Shown: positions 20,547-31,192 of the stretch, in pieces | Layout of the letters: each line of letters starts with the position of its first letter | Position numbering within the stretch: position 1 is the stretch's first letter | NCBI GenBank assembly: GCA_963669175.1 | Contig: OY769902.1 | Location: 2,560,001 to 2,624,000 of the forward strand | DNA: 64,000 nt | Source: a bacterium | Lineage (GTDB): Bacteria; Electryoneota; Electryoneia; Electryoneales; Electryoneaceae | Direction: 5' to 3' | The notes under the pieces: generated by a model | The model's input: only the letters and a program-made list of their open reading frames with translations | Told to the model about the DNA's origin: nothing | Databases searched by the model: none | Translations under genes and position numbers: made by a program

Positions 20547-20793
20547 GTCGGCAATTCCCCTTTTCCATCGAATTAGACCCTTATATCCAGGTTAATTGTA
20601 TAGCAGAATCTTACCCACACTAAACAGCGAGGCACCCAGTTGTTTTTATCCTTTTCATCCTTCACATCCTTATTATCCTGTATATTCTTGCTGCCATTGT
20701 CCGGAATGTCGAGATTGCAGGGAATCGGCGTCGATCTCTCGCCCCGGTTCAGGAATCAATCATGAAGATTATCTTTGGCAATAAGCGTATACC

Positions 20794-20822
20794 TTGCAAA
20801 GGACATAAAAAAGCTCTATTAT
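20794..20822 (+). promoter_or_regulatory. putative sigma70 promoter
   Basis: TTGCAA-N17-TATTAT, 50 bp before the ATG at 20873. Confidence 0.5.
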
Positions 20823-20872
20823 GCAACATCCCGCGTTTCCGCACCAATAGCGTCCTGTTCTCTGGAGGTTCG

Positions 20873-23215
20873 ATGAATCGCTGTACCCGGTGCATAATTC
20901 CTCTGTTACTCGTCTTCGTACTCCCGCTGACTACTGCGCATGCCGAACAACTCTGTCATCTCATCCCGGATACCACGGGTGGTATCGCGGTGATGCTGAA
21001 AAGCGCCGATCTGGATGGGGACGGTGACATAGACATTGCTGTGTGTATGGAAAACAAGCTGTTAATCTATGAGAATGACGGCACACAGACATTTTCCATC
21101 ACAAGTATTGCCACCGGGGAAGCCTATCACGGTGTTTATACCGGCGATCTGGATGGCGATACTGATATCGATCTCATAACCATAGATGAAAACATATTCT
21201 CCCAATACTGGTATCGAAACATGGGGGCGATGACCTTTCAGCAGGAAAATCTGGCGGATATATTCCTGAGCGATTTAGAACTGATCGACTTCGACGATGA
21301 TTCTGACATGGATATTGTCGGCGCTGACAGTGGTGGAGTCGTGTTGCTGGAAAACGATGGGGATGGAGTTATTACTATATCCAGATTGATCAGCCAGAAT
21401 ATGGTTAGGGGATATCTCGATGTGGCAGATATGGATGGTGATGGTGACCTGGATATATTGCATACAGGGTACTACTACGGTTTCTACTTGTATGAAAATG
21501 TTGGGAATAACGAGTTTATGGCGCATCAATTAGGATACGACCCTTATAGTCTGAAAACGGGCATTATTGCAGCCGATATGAACAATGATGATCTCATGGA
21601 CATGGTTGCAGGAACAGTCCCTGGTTGGGTTTACAATGTTAATCAAGATGAAAATGGGAATTTTACCATGAATTACGTAGAAAGTCGTTTTTATTATATG
21701 CGCGATATCGATGTAGCCGACTACAATGGCGATGGCTTTCTCGATATACTGGCAGGGGCCAGTGGAATAACGACCTATTACTCCCTGGCAGTCTGGTACA
21801 ACCTTAATGATGGTAACTATCTGCGTGAGAATATCGGACCTTCTGAAGACCACATGCCGGATATTGAACCGGTTGATCTGGACGGAGATGGAGACCAGGA
21901 TATATTATTTACCTATCTTGCTTGTGATTCCAGCAATGCCGGATGGTATGAGAACCTCGGTCATCACTTCTACCAGCTTTATGCCGACAGTACACGCATC
22001 GTCTACTATTTCACCCAATATGGGGGTGAATTGGATGCTGAACTGCGCATTGTCAATCTTTCTGCGGTGTCGACGGAACTGGATATCTGGATGAACTTAA
22101 TCGAACCGGATGGGGATGTATATGAAGAAGTTATCCTGTATGAGGATCTGATGGTTGATTATGCTGATACGACGGTAGCAGAGCTGGTCTACCAGGTTCC
22201 CGCGAGTATGGAAGTGGGATTCTGCTCGCTGGATATCAAGTTGGGCCACTATCCTGAACAGGTTGAGGCTTCTGCGCTGTTCGGTTTTCTGGTCGGTCCC
22301 AATCCTCCCTCGACATTCTCGCTGATAAGGCCGGGAGGGAATCGATGGGTGGGATACCTGCCCGGCGATTTCCAATGGGAAGAATCCATAGACCTTGACC
22401 CACACCCGGTTACCCGTTACGAGGTCTGGGTCGGGAATGAACCGGATTTGTCAGACGCTGAGATGTACATGGGAAATATTGCTGCATGCCAGTGCTCAAT
22501 TCCACGTTACCCGCGTAATAATGCCTATTACTGGACTGTCTACGCTACCGATGCGAATACTCTTGGCACCTGGGCCAATGATACCGTGTGCTTTACAACC
22601 GATGTCCCCGGGCCACCGAGCGAATTTGACCTGCTATTCCCGGAAGATAACAGTGAAGTATCAGCCATTTACAACCTTCCGTTATCACTAACCTGGACAA
22701 CAGCCTGCGATGCTGACATGTTCGACTCGGTGACGTATACCATTGAAATATGTGAAGATGAGTTGTTTGAAACGGACATCATGACCTTTACCACGCAAGA
22801 TACCTCGTGGTCGCTTGATACCCTGGCGCTGGATACCTGGTTCTGGCGTGTGACAGCAACAGATTTGTATGAATTTTCTACAGTTTCCGATACCTGGCGC
22901 TTCTTACTGACCATGGGTATTGCTGACCGGACAGATGTTGAAACTCCGCAGACCTTCAGCATTTCAAAGACCTGCCCGAACCCGTTCAACCCGACCCTGG
23001 CCGTGGAAATAGCCATCCCGGAAACGGGCTACCTTCAGCTCGAGGTGTATAATGTGCTGGGGAAACGTGTGGCAATCCTGAATGATAACCCGGTAACAGC
23101 CGGGTATCATGAATTCATCTGGAACGCCTCTGACTGCGCCAGCGGGGTGTACTTTGTGAAAGCGACACTTCAGGAGCGGGAAGCTGTGGTGAGCAAAGTC
23201 CATTTATTGAAATAG
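20873..23215 (+). CDS. secreted FG-GAP/VCBS repeat protein with Ig/FN3-like domains and T9SS-like CTD (paralog 1)
   Basis: repeated DLDGDGDIDI..YEN motifs; PNPFNPT...SGVYF...LLK; GGAGG RBS. Confidence 0.9.
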   Translation: MNRCTRCIIPLLLVFVLPLTTAHAEQLCHLIPDTTGGIAVMLKSADLDGDGDIDIAVCMENKLLIYENDGTQTFSITSIATGEAYHGVYTGDLDGDTDIDLITIDENIFSQYWYRNMGAMTFQQENLADIFLSDLELIDFDDDSDMDIVGADSGGVVLLENDGDGVITISRLISQNMVRGYLDVADMDGDGDLDILHTGYYYGFYLYENVGNNEFMAHQLGYDPYSLKTGIIAADMNNDDLMDMVAGTVPGWVYNVNQDENGNFTMNYVESRFYYMRDIDVADYNGDGFLDILAGASGITTYYSLAVWYNLNDGNYLRENIGPSEDHMPDIEPVDLDGDGDQDILFTYLACDSSNAGWYENLGHHFYQLYADSTRIVYYFTQYGGELDAELRIVNLSAVSTELDIWMNLIEPDGDVYEEVILYEDLMVDYADTTVAELVYQVPASMEVGFCSLDIKLGHYPEQVEASALFGFLVGPNPPSTFSLIRPGGNRWVGYLPGDFQWEESIDLDPHPVTRYEVWVGNEPDLSDAEMYMGNIAACQCSIPRYPRNNAYYWTVYATDANTLGTWANDTVCFTTDVPGPPSEFDLLFPEDNSEVSAIYNLPLSLTWTTACDADMFDSVTYTIEICEDELFETDIMTFTTQDTSWSLDTLALDTWFWRVTATDLYEFSTVSDTWRFLLTMGIADRTDVETPQTFSISKTCPNPFNPTLAVEIAIPETGYLQLEVYNVLGKRVAILNDNPVTAGYHEFIWNASDCASGVYFVKATLQEREAVVSKVHLLK

Positions 23216-23414
23216 CTGTTGTGGTTCAGGAATAAAGTTGATTTGCTGAAGAAGTACTCTTTCCTTTTAATAAGTCATAATTGTTTCTGGATAGATGTTT
23301 CCATAACGGAGTTTTCTTCCCTATTTTTTTAGCTACAGAAACCGCTTGATCATATTTGAAGGAGATATCTCTCCTTTGTAGTAATTGCTGGATAGACAGG
23401 GTTGTGAGGACTGT

Positions 23415-25739
23415 ATGAAGAATCTCATCCTGCTGATCATTTCTTTCCTTTGTTGTTGTCGCATGCTACAGGCTGAATACTGGCACATGTTTTCCGATGA
23501 TTACAGGCAATCCTTACAAATGATTGATTTCGATAGCGATGGCGATATTGATGCGTTATCCAGCTCAGAGATTAACGGGATCGTATTCTGGTATGAAAAC
23601 GACGGGTATCAACATTTTACAACTCATGAGATTACATTGGAAGTCAATTATTTGACCTATATGCTTGCCGGAGATGTGGAAAATGATGGAGATGTGGATA
23701 TTGTGTATGTGGATCACGAATATGGTGCATATTACCTGACCATTGCTGAGAATACCGGATATGGAAATTTTTCCGAATCGAGAATCTGGTTCTCAGGAGA
23801 TAATATCAGGTCAATTCAAATTGGTAGATTTAACGATGATGACGATCCCGAGATTTTGTTTGTATGCGATGACAGAGGTGTGTTAATGGCTTCCAGGGAA
23901 GAGGGAGAATGGGATATACAGACTATTCATGTGGAGCAGTCCAGCGATTTACATGGAATTGATCTGTTGGATTCAGATCACGATGGCGATTTGGAAATAT
24001 ACCTGGATTTTGGCGAGCATAGATTAGTATTTATTGATGATCAAAATAATGGCTATGATGCACAGTATATTGATACAGATATTAATTCAATAGGGATTGC
24101 TATTGCTGATGTTTTTGGCGATGAAGAATTGGAATTAATATCCATAGCAAGCACATTGAGGGTATATTCATTGAGTGAAGAAGGTTATTATGATATGTTA
24201 ATGAATATACTTATTTATGACCATTTATATAAGGTAGATTCAGGAGATTATAATGGTGATGGTGAAGAAGATATATTTGTGCAAACACAATATAGAGATA
24301 TTGTCTTTCTAAATACTGGCGCTGATGACTTCATTCGTATTGATCTAACAGATGAGTATTACAGGAATAATGAGATGATAATAGGTGATTTTGATGGCGA
24401 TAACGATTTGGATCTTCTTGGCGCTTGTGAAATTATGGATGTCTATAGAGAAGATTATATTTTCTGGTTAGAGAATTCAACCGGTGATTCCCTGACAATT
24501 GTATCTGTACCTGATCAATTACCTGTCCATCATTATGGAGCAGGTTTTAATCTGGAATGGGTGGTAAACGTCTGTAATAATACACAATCAACCTGGAGTG
24601 GAAACTTGTATTATGGGATTAAACGAATTGGCGACTTTAACTTCTTCATCCTGGATTCTCTCAATTCTGGTTCAATACCTCCATTAGTTATCGACTCCTT
24701 CCGTGTAACGATTGGCATTCCGGATACTTGTTCCGCAGGACACTATGAAGCCTGGTGCTGGAATTCAACAGATCAGGAAGCCACAGTTGATTCAAATGCT
24801 TTCCCTTTCGTTATTGGCCCTCTTGAACCAGCATCATTCGCGCTGCTACAGCCCTCAAATGCTGACTATATAGGTGATACGCTTGTAACAATGACATGGG
24901 AAGCATCACAGGATTCTGACCTGGGGGAGACGCCGCACTATGATGTTTGGATCGGTCATGCGCCGGATTTGTCTGATGCGGAACTGGTAGCGGACAGCAT
25001 CGAGGCCTGCTGTTTCTCGCGATCACTTGAAACAAACAGTGAAATATGGTACTGGACTGTGCGTGCGACAGATTCAACCCTTGATGGAACCTGGGCCATA
25101 GACACGCTCTGTTTTATCGCGGATAATCCTTCCAGACCGTGGCGGTTTAACCTGATAGGTCCTGAGAATAACTATATCGTCAACAGCGAGGTGCCAGAAC
25201 CTGTTGAGTTCTGCTGGTGGCCAGCAGAAGACAGCGATTTGCTGGATACGGTTCGCTACTCATTGATCTATGCCACCGAGGGGGGAGTGGGCATGATCTG
25301 GGAGCTGGATGCGGATACTGTATGCAGCTTTACGCTGGAATCGATTCCGCGAAACAGAACAATCTGGTGGACTGTCGTCGCTGAAGATCGTTTTGGATTG
25401 CAACGAACAGCATCAGATACATTTCATATCATCAGCATGGATACACCCGAACAGGATGGTCGTATACTTCCGGAAGAGTTTTCGATTTCCGGAACCTGGC
25501 CCAATCCCTTCAACGCTACCCTCGCGGTGGAGATTGCTTTACCTGAGGCATCGGATCTGAACGTGACCGTATTTAATGTGTTAGGGGAAAAAGTAGAAGC
25601 ATTATATACTGATCAGCTTGCCGCCGGGTATCACCGGTTTTCTTGGTACGCAACAGACTACGCGAGCGGGATTTATTTCATTCAGGCAGCGTTTACGGGC
25701 AAAGGCTCGGTTGTGAAAAAGGTATACCTGGTAAAATAG
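23415..25739 (+). CDS. secreted FG-GAP/VCBS repeat protein with T9SS-like CTD (paralog 2)
   Basis: DFDSDGDID..WYEN repeats; WPNPFN...SGIYF...YLVK. Confidence 0.9.
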   Translation: MKNLILLIISFLCCCRMLQAEYWHMFSDDYRQSLQMIDFDSDGDIDALSSSEINGIVFWYENDGYQHFTTHEITLEVNYLTYMLAGDVENDGDVDIVYVDHEYGAYYLTIAENTGYGNFSESRIWFSGDNIRSIQIGRFNDDDDPEILFVCDDRGVLMASREEGEWDIQTIHVEQSSDLHGIDLLDSDHDGDLEIYLDFGEHRLVFIDDQNNGYDAQYIDTDINSIGIAIADVFGDEELELISIASTLRVYSLSEEGYYDMLMNILIYDHLYKVDSGDYNGDGEEDIFVQTQYRDIVFLNTGADDFIRIDLTDEYYRNNEMIIGDFDGDNDLDLLGACEIMDVYREDYIFWLENSTGDSLTIVSVPDQLPVHHYGAGFNLEWVVNVCNNTQSTWSGNLYYGIKRIGDFNFFILDSLNSGSIPPLVIDSFRVTIGIPDTCSAGHYEAWCWNSTDQEATVDSNAFPFVIGPLEPASFALLQPSNADYIGDTLVTMTWEASQDSDLGETPHYDVWIGHAPDLSDAELVADSIEACCFSRSLETNSEIWYWTVRATDSTLDGTWAIDTLCFIADNPSRPWRFNLIGPENNYIVNSEVPEPVEFCWWPAEDSDLLDTVRYSLIYATEGGVGMIWELDADTVCSFTLESIPRNRTIWWTVVAEDRFGLQRTASDTFHIISMDTPEQDGRILPEEFSISGTWPNPFNATLAVEIALPEASDLNVTVFNVLGEKVEALYTDQLAAGYHRFSWYATDYASGIYFIQAAFTGKGSVVKKVYLVK

Positions 25740-25758
25740 TCAGGAAGAAAGGGGTAGA

Positions 25759-28089
25759 ATGGTCAAAAGGGCAGCATACACCGGATTGTACATACTCCTT
25801 TTTGCCTGTTTGGCACATGCTGGATTGCGTCACCAGATTAGAGCGATCCAGACTGATGTCATGGCGCTTGCATCAGGTGACCTGGACGGGGATGGTGATA
25901 TTGATTTTGCAGCCGTTTCCAGCCCTGATAATATTGTTGTATGGTGTGAGAACGATGGTTATCAAAGATTTACACGTCACGATCTATCGCCGGATTATAC
26001 TACGCCGCGTGATATCTGTATTGCAGATATGGATGGAGATGGTGATCAAGATATCGTGGCTGCTTTCCACAATGTGTACACCGGGCATTATCTCATATGG
26101 TGGGAGAATGACGGTTTCGGTGACTTTTCCGAGCATCCTATAAGCCATGAAGGTTTCAGAATCAAAAAAATCGTAGCTGGTGACATTGATGACGATGATG
26201 AACTCGAAATCCTGGCAGGAATACCGTACGAAATCGGAATTTTCAATTACACAGATGCCGGGTGGGAGTATGAAGAACTCCTGGATAATGGTGATTACGA
26301 CTTCATAACTATGTCGCTGGATGATGTGGATCTCGATGGTGATCAGGACATCCTGTACAGTCGATACGGGCCTGCAATTGCCTACTTGGAGAATATCGGT
26401 GAAGATGGTTTTGAGACTGTTGGATTGCTGGATTCAATGTATGTTTATGATATTGTCGCCTTGCAGCTCAACGAGACCGTGGAAAGAGAGTTTGTCAATC
26501 TTCAATCCGGTGGCTATCTGAATTTGTATGCGAGAAACGCTTTCAACAGGTTCATGCGAGCCAACCAATATGAGCTTGAGAACTATCCAATACGTATCGA
26601 GGCCGCCGACTATAACCTGGATGGCCTGGATGATATTCTTGTTCAAGAAAACTCTTGTATCTCGTTATGTCTCAGCGATTCGGAGAATGAATATGCGTAC
26701 AACAGCACTGTCATTGAGAATGAACCGGATGGATGTAATGATATCGGCTTTGCAGATGTGGACGGGGATGGTGATCCGGATGTCTATGCCATAGTGGATG
26801 AATACCGGATGGTATGGTATGAGAATCCGGGAGATGCCCCAATACTGGTAAACGCTTTGGTGTATACGTATCCACCTTATGGTGATAATCCCGGAGTCTA
26901 TTTTGTCTGGTATGCACAAGTGGTGAACTGTTCAGACTCTTTCTGGACAGGCAACCTCTTTTTCGCTCCAACCGACAATGGCGAAATCATTGGTGATGTA
27001 AGAGAGGTTGAAGACTTCAACGGAGTTGAAGCCAATGGCAGGGATTCAATATATATTTCATACGGCTTTCCCCGGGAAATACAATCGGGAAGGTATGAAG
27101 TGCGGTTTTGGGCTGAGAATGAGGCAGGGGACACGATTGATGTAGATACATTCCCGGTTCTGATCGGTCCGCTTGCACCACGTCCATTCCAGCTCAGTTT
27201 CCCAATCAACGGATCTTATATTGATGAGACTGTCAACTACCTGTCATGGAACCCTTCCGAAGATGAAGAGCAGGGGGAGGATCTGCGCTATGATGTGTGG
27301 ATGGGACATGAGCCGGATTTGTCAGATGCTGAACGTATAGGCGAGAATCTTGAATCAACCGTTTGTGTCATGCCGGATCTGGAACAGAACAGCAATTACT
27401 TCTGGTCTGTGCATGCTCTTGATACAAATACGGAGGGTACATGGGCTGAGGAGACCTTTTGCTTCACAACTGACCCACCGGACCCGCCCTGGAATTTCAA
27501 CCTGCTGGAACCGGAGAATGGGTATGATATTCGTAGCGAGGCACGTTTGCCGTTGACTTTCAGGTGGAGTGAGGCAGAGGATATTGATCTGCTTGACACA
27601 GTACGCTATGAGATATCCATTGCTGATGATGCCAGTGACACCCTTGTCTATTTCGGCGAAACCCTGGCTGAATCCCTGCTTGTGGACATTTTCGAGCCGG
27701 GCGGTTCCTATCGCTGGTGGGTGACAGCCATTGACCGCTTCGGCTTGACCACCCAATCTCTGGATACTTTCCTGGTAACCTCATCGTTGGGCATTGAGGC
27801 TGCTTCACAAGCCGAGCTGCCGCTGGAGTTTGCCATTTCTCGCGCGTATCCCAATCCGTTTAACCCCACCCTGTCGCTCGAGATTGCCTTACCCGCTCAG
27901 GCTTTCCTGGAAGTGTCCGTGTACAACATACTGGGGGAGGAGGTGACTTCATTGAGCAGTCGGGAGTATGTGGCCGGGTATCACACACTGCAATGGCGAG
28001 CGACCGGCTCTGCCAGCGGTATTTATTTTGTGCGGGCTACCATTTCCGGTGAGAAATCAGCGTTTTGCAAGGTTTTGCTGGTCAAATAG
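25759..28089 (+). CDS. secreted FG-GAP/VCBS repeat protein with T9SS-like CTD (paralog 3)
   Basis: DLDGDGDID..WCEN repeats; YPNPFNPT...SGIYF...LLVK. Confidence 0.9.
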   Translation: MVKRAAYTGLYILLFACLAHAGLRHQIRAIQTDVMALASGDLDGDGDIDFAAVSSPDNIVVWCENDGYQRFTRHDLSPDYTTPRDICIADMDGDGDQDIVAAFHNVYTGHYLIWWENDGFGDFSEHPISHEGFRIKKIVAGDIDDDDELEILAGIPYEIGIFNYTDAGWEYEELLDNGDYDFITMSLDDVDLDGDQDILYSRYGPAIAYLENIGEDGFETVGLLDSMYVYDIVALQLNETVEREFVNLQSGGYLNLYARNAFNRFMRANQYELENYPIRIEAADYNLDGLDDILVQENSCISLCLSDSENEYAYNSTVIENEPDGCNDIGFADVDGDGDPDVYAIVDEYRMVWYENPGDAPILVNALVYTYPPYGDNPGVYFVWYAQVVNCSDSFWTGNLFFAPTDNGEIIGDVREVEDFNGVEANGRDSIYISYGFPREIQSGRYEVRFWAENEAGDTIDVDTFPVLIGPLAPRPFQLSFPINGSYIDETVNYLSWNPSEDEEQGEDLRYDVWMGHEPDLSDAERIGENLESTVCVMPDLEQNSNYFWSVHALDTNTEGTWAEETFCFTTDPPDPPWNFNLLEPENGYDIRSEARLPLTFRWSEAEDIDLLDTVRYEISIADDASDTLVYFGETLAESLLVDIFEPGGSYRWWVTAIDRFGLTTQSLDTFLVTSSLGIEAASQAELPLEFAISRAYPNPFNPTLSLEIALPAQAFLEVSVYNILGEEVTSLSSREYVAGYHTLQWRATGSASGIYFVRATISGEKSAFCKVLLVK

Positions 28090-28175
28090 TGGGATTCGGC
28101 TATCTTCTCCTGGAGACGCGAGATAGCAGAATTCTTTAGAATCTCTCAAAAAAAATAAAAACTCCACCAATGTGC

Positions 28176-28204
28176 TTGTAAATCGTGAAATCGCCCCGTA
28201 GTAT
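28176..28204 (+). promoter_or_regulatory. putative sigma70 promoter for paralog 4
   Basis: TTGTAA-N17-TAGTAT preceded by an A-rich tract. Confidence 0.4.
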
Positions 28205-28259
28205 AAAGATAAGGGAGCCTGTTTGTTACTTTGACCTGCCAACAACACGGGGAGGGAAT

Positions 28260-30605
28260 ATGAATCGTCCAGCCACCTTTGTCCTCATGTGTATGTTGTT
28301 CCTTCTTTTCAGCTCAAGTGCATTTGCCGGGGTATTAATGCAGAGCATTTATGCTGAACCGGATATGACTGCACAAATGGTAAAACATGCAGATTTTGAT
28401 CTCGATGGCGATCTCGACCTGGTTGCAGTTGGCAATACCTGGCTGAAGATATTCGAGAACGATGGCTTCCAGCATTTCACTGAACATGCGATCGCGGATC
28501 TGGTTTATGGTCGAGGAGTATACCCGTGCGACTTCGATGAAGACGGCGATATGGACTTTGCCGTGATCCAGTATGGCACGGATTGCGTGTCATGGTATGA
28601 GAATGAATGGGGTTTTTCCTTCACGTCCCATGTTATTGATGCTTCTGACCAGCTCATGTCCGACCTTGTCGTGACAGATCTGGACAGTGATGGCGATCTG
28701 GATATTGTTTCTGTTTCACGTCAAGGTATTCACTGGTACAGCAATAACAATCGCCAGGAATTCACTGGAACGCTGGTCTATCTCAATGAAGCGTATAATG
28801 GGTATGTCGATGCTGCGGATATCAATGCGGACGGGCATATGGATATTCTATACGGCCCGGCGTACAGTACTTTCCGATGGCTGGAAAATGACGGACAGGA
28901 AGAGTTTGAAACCCATGAACTCCCCTACAATTACCATGCTTTGAAAGCGGATATCACATCGGCGGACATGGATAATGATGGCGACCTGGATATCATCGTC
29001 GGCACTGAGAGTTGTGATATTTTTATCTGGTCACAGGACGAAGCAGGCGACTTCTCTTACAACCTTATCGAAACTCAGTACAATCTGATGACCGATATCA
29101 ATGTAGTTGACCTGAACAGCGATGGGCTGATGGATGTTGTGGCTACGGCCGCCGGTAACGAGTATGCGAACCAGGCCTTGGGAATCTGGTACAACCAGGG
29201 CGAGGGAGTGTATAATTTTGAGCATCTCAGCACTTATCCTGAACGGTACAATGATGTTGATGTCGTTGATTTGGACAATGATTCGGATATTGACCTGATC
29301 GGCGCCGGGTTCTACGGTGGCAATACGATTGCATGGTATGAGAATCACCTGTCCGGAATGTGTGTAGTAGGGGTTGAACCGGAAGAAAACCAGGGCTGGT
29401 TCAGCCAGTTCGGCGGATCCCTTGCCTGGAATTTAAGTTGTTTGAACCTGCATGAGGAACCGATTTTTATGGACATCTGGACTGTTCTGACTCGTGCAGA
29501 CGGTACTCAGGATGACCCTGTACTGCTTTATGAAGATCAGGAAATCGCTGTGGGTGAAGTGTTTTCCCAGGAACAGGAATATGTCATTGATGTCCAGCAG
29601 GAGACCGGACAATACATTCTGCATGTTTATGCCGGGCAGTATCCCACTGGTGATTATGATTCAAATGGCTTTACCTATATCGTCGGACCCAATGCGCCCA
29701 CCCCCTTCAGTTTGCTGGGACCGGACTACGGTCTGTTTGCGAACAACATAAACAGCCGGTTGACCTGGGAGCCTTCCCGTGATCTTGACCCGCAGAATGT
29801 AGCACGTTTTGAGTTATGGGTCGGAAATCAACCGGATCTGTCTGATGCAGAACTTATGGCTTCGAATGTTGCGTCCTTTGAATGGCCGGTTCCCTACCTG
29901 GAGATGGACCAGGCCTGGTACTGGACCGTAAAGGCTACCGATGAGAATACGGATGGAACTTGGGCGAATGACACCCTTTGCTTCACCACGGATATCCCCG
30001 ATCCACCGGAAACCTTCAGCGTGATTGAGCCTGCAAACGATATCGAGATTACCTCCAAACTGGACTTCCCGATCAACTTCATCTGGCATCCTACAACGGA
30101 TGAAGACATGTTCGATTCCGTGTGGTATGCCATTGAATTCTGTACAAATCCCTATTTTGATAATGCGAACACCATTGATATGGGACAGGATACAGTCTTT
30201 GTCCTTGATAGTCTTTCTGTGGACATGTGGTTCTGGCGTGTGGTGGCGAGGGACCGGTACGGGTATGAAACCCCCACAGAGAACCGTCGGATGCTGGTAA
30301 CCATGGATGTTGATGATCAGTTGGCGAGTGATATCCCGACTGAGTTCGGCATCACAGCGGCCTATCCAAATCCGTTCAATCCGACTTTATCGGTCGAAAT
30401 TGCGCTGCCGGAAGCCGCAAACCTGCAACTCCGCATGTTTAACGTGTTGGGTGAGGAAGTGGCCGTTCTGAGTGATGCGTGGCGAGCTGCCGGGTATCAC
30501 ACCTTCAGTTGGAATGCTTCCGATCATGCCAGCGGAGTGTACTTCCTGCGTGCCGATATGCCCGGGCATTCACAGCTTATCCGGAAGGTGATGCTGCTGA
30601 AATGA
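28260..30605 (+). CDS. secreted FG-GAP/VCBS repeat protein with T9SS-like CTD (paralog 4)
   Basis: DFDLDGDLDL..FEN repeats; YPNPFNPT...SGVYF...MLLK; GGAGG RBS. Confidence 0.9.
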   Translation: MNRPATFVLMCMLFLLFSSSAFAGVLMQSIYAEPDMTAQMVKHADFDLDGDLDLVAVGNTWLKIFENDGFQHFTEHAIADLVYGRGVYPCDFDEDGDMDFAVIQYGTDCVSWYENEWGFSFTSHVIDASDQLMSDLVVTDLDSDGDLDIVSVSRQGIHWYSNNNRQEFTGTLVYLNEAYNGYVDAADINADGHMDILYGPAYSTFRWLENDGQEEFETHELPYNYHALKADITSADMDNDGDLDIIVGTESCDIFIWSQDEAGDFSYNLIETQYNLMTDINVVDLNSDGLMDVVATAAGNEYANQALGIWYNQGEGVYNFEHLSTYPERYNDVDVVDLDNDSDIDLIGAGFYGGNTIAWYENHLSGMCVVGVEPEENQGWFSQFGGSLAWNLSCLNLHEEPIFMDIWTVLTRADGTQDDPVLLYEDQEIAVGEVFSQEQEYVIDVQQETGQYILHVYAGQYPTGDYDSNGFTYIVGPNAPTPFSLLGPDYGLFANNINSRLTWEPSRDLDPQNVARFELWVGNQPDLSDAELMASNVASFEWPVPYLEMDQAWYWTVKATDENTDGTWANDTLCFTTDIPDPPETFSVIEPANDIEITSKLDFPINFIWHPTTDEDMFDSVWYAIEFCTNPYFDNANTIDMGQDTVFVLDSLSVDMWFWRVVARDRYGYETPTENRRMLVTMDVDDQLASDIPTEFGITAAYPNPFNPTLSVEIALPEAANLQLRMFNVLGEEVAVLSDAWRAAGYHTFSWNASDHASGVYFLRADMPGHSQLIRKVMLLK

Positions 30606-30627
30606 TTTTACGATCAGATGATGCATG

Positions 30628-30655
30628 ACTTCCCGGTTCAGGCCGGGGAGTTGTT
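30628..30655 (+). terminator. possible terminator after the FG-GAP array
   Basis: ACTTCCCGGT-tcag-GCCGGGGAGT followed by TGTT. Confidence 0.5.
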
Positions 30656-30689
30656 CGATAGCTGTTTACGTGAACTATAATAAGTCTCT

Positions 30690-30795
30690 AAAGAAATGCC
30701 GCATGTTGTCATCCCAGCGCAGAGCCTGTCCCCGAAAGGTGTAGTCGGGGACGGGGATCTACTCTGTAGGCCGCTCAATCCAATGACTGTAAAGA
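30690..30795. repeat. family R1 short (empty-like) copy
   Basis: AAAGAAATGCCGCATG..GTCATCCCAGCG and CCGCTCAATCCAATGA match the two outer ends of 5078-5400. Confidence 0.7.
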
Positions 30796-30917
30796 AAACT
30801 AGGGACACCCGTCTGAGATGAAGTTGATGATGTCGCCGCATTTGATCTGCAAACAAGGCTTTCACACTCGTCAGAAGTTGATGGCAAAGTCGGGATTGTA
30901 ACAGGTGTTACGTGCTT

Positions 30918-31160
30918 GGGTGGCCCGATCCGCAAGTGATGCAGCTTCCCTTATCGTTACAGCTCAAATACACTCGTTCCATTTTGCATTCAGATCAAGT
31001 CCAAAGAGCGCATCGGGACAAGGCCGGGTGTTCAAGGAGTTGATAGTACGATCCATCTCTGTCCCGATGCGCTCATGAGTTTATCCTGTTTTCCTGTTTC
31101 CTCAGAGTATTTCAGGGACAGTTATGAGGGAAACAGTGTCACTTGTGGATCGGGCCACCC
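30918..31160. mobile_element. MITE/REPIN-like element with ~37-bp terminal inverted repeats and an internal hairpin
   Basis: GGGTGGCCCGATCCGCAAGTGA... / ...TCACTTGTGGATCGGGCCACCC; internal GAGCGCATCGGGACA / TGTCCCGATGCGCTC. Confidence 0.65.
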
Positions 31161-31192
31161 GTCTTAGGTAAATAGACAGGCATATGTTTACA

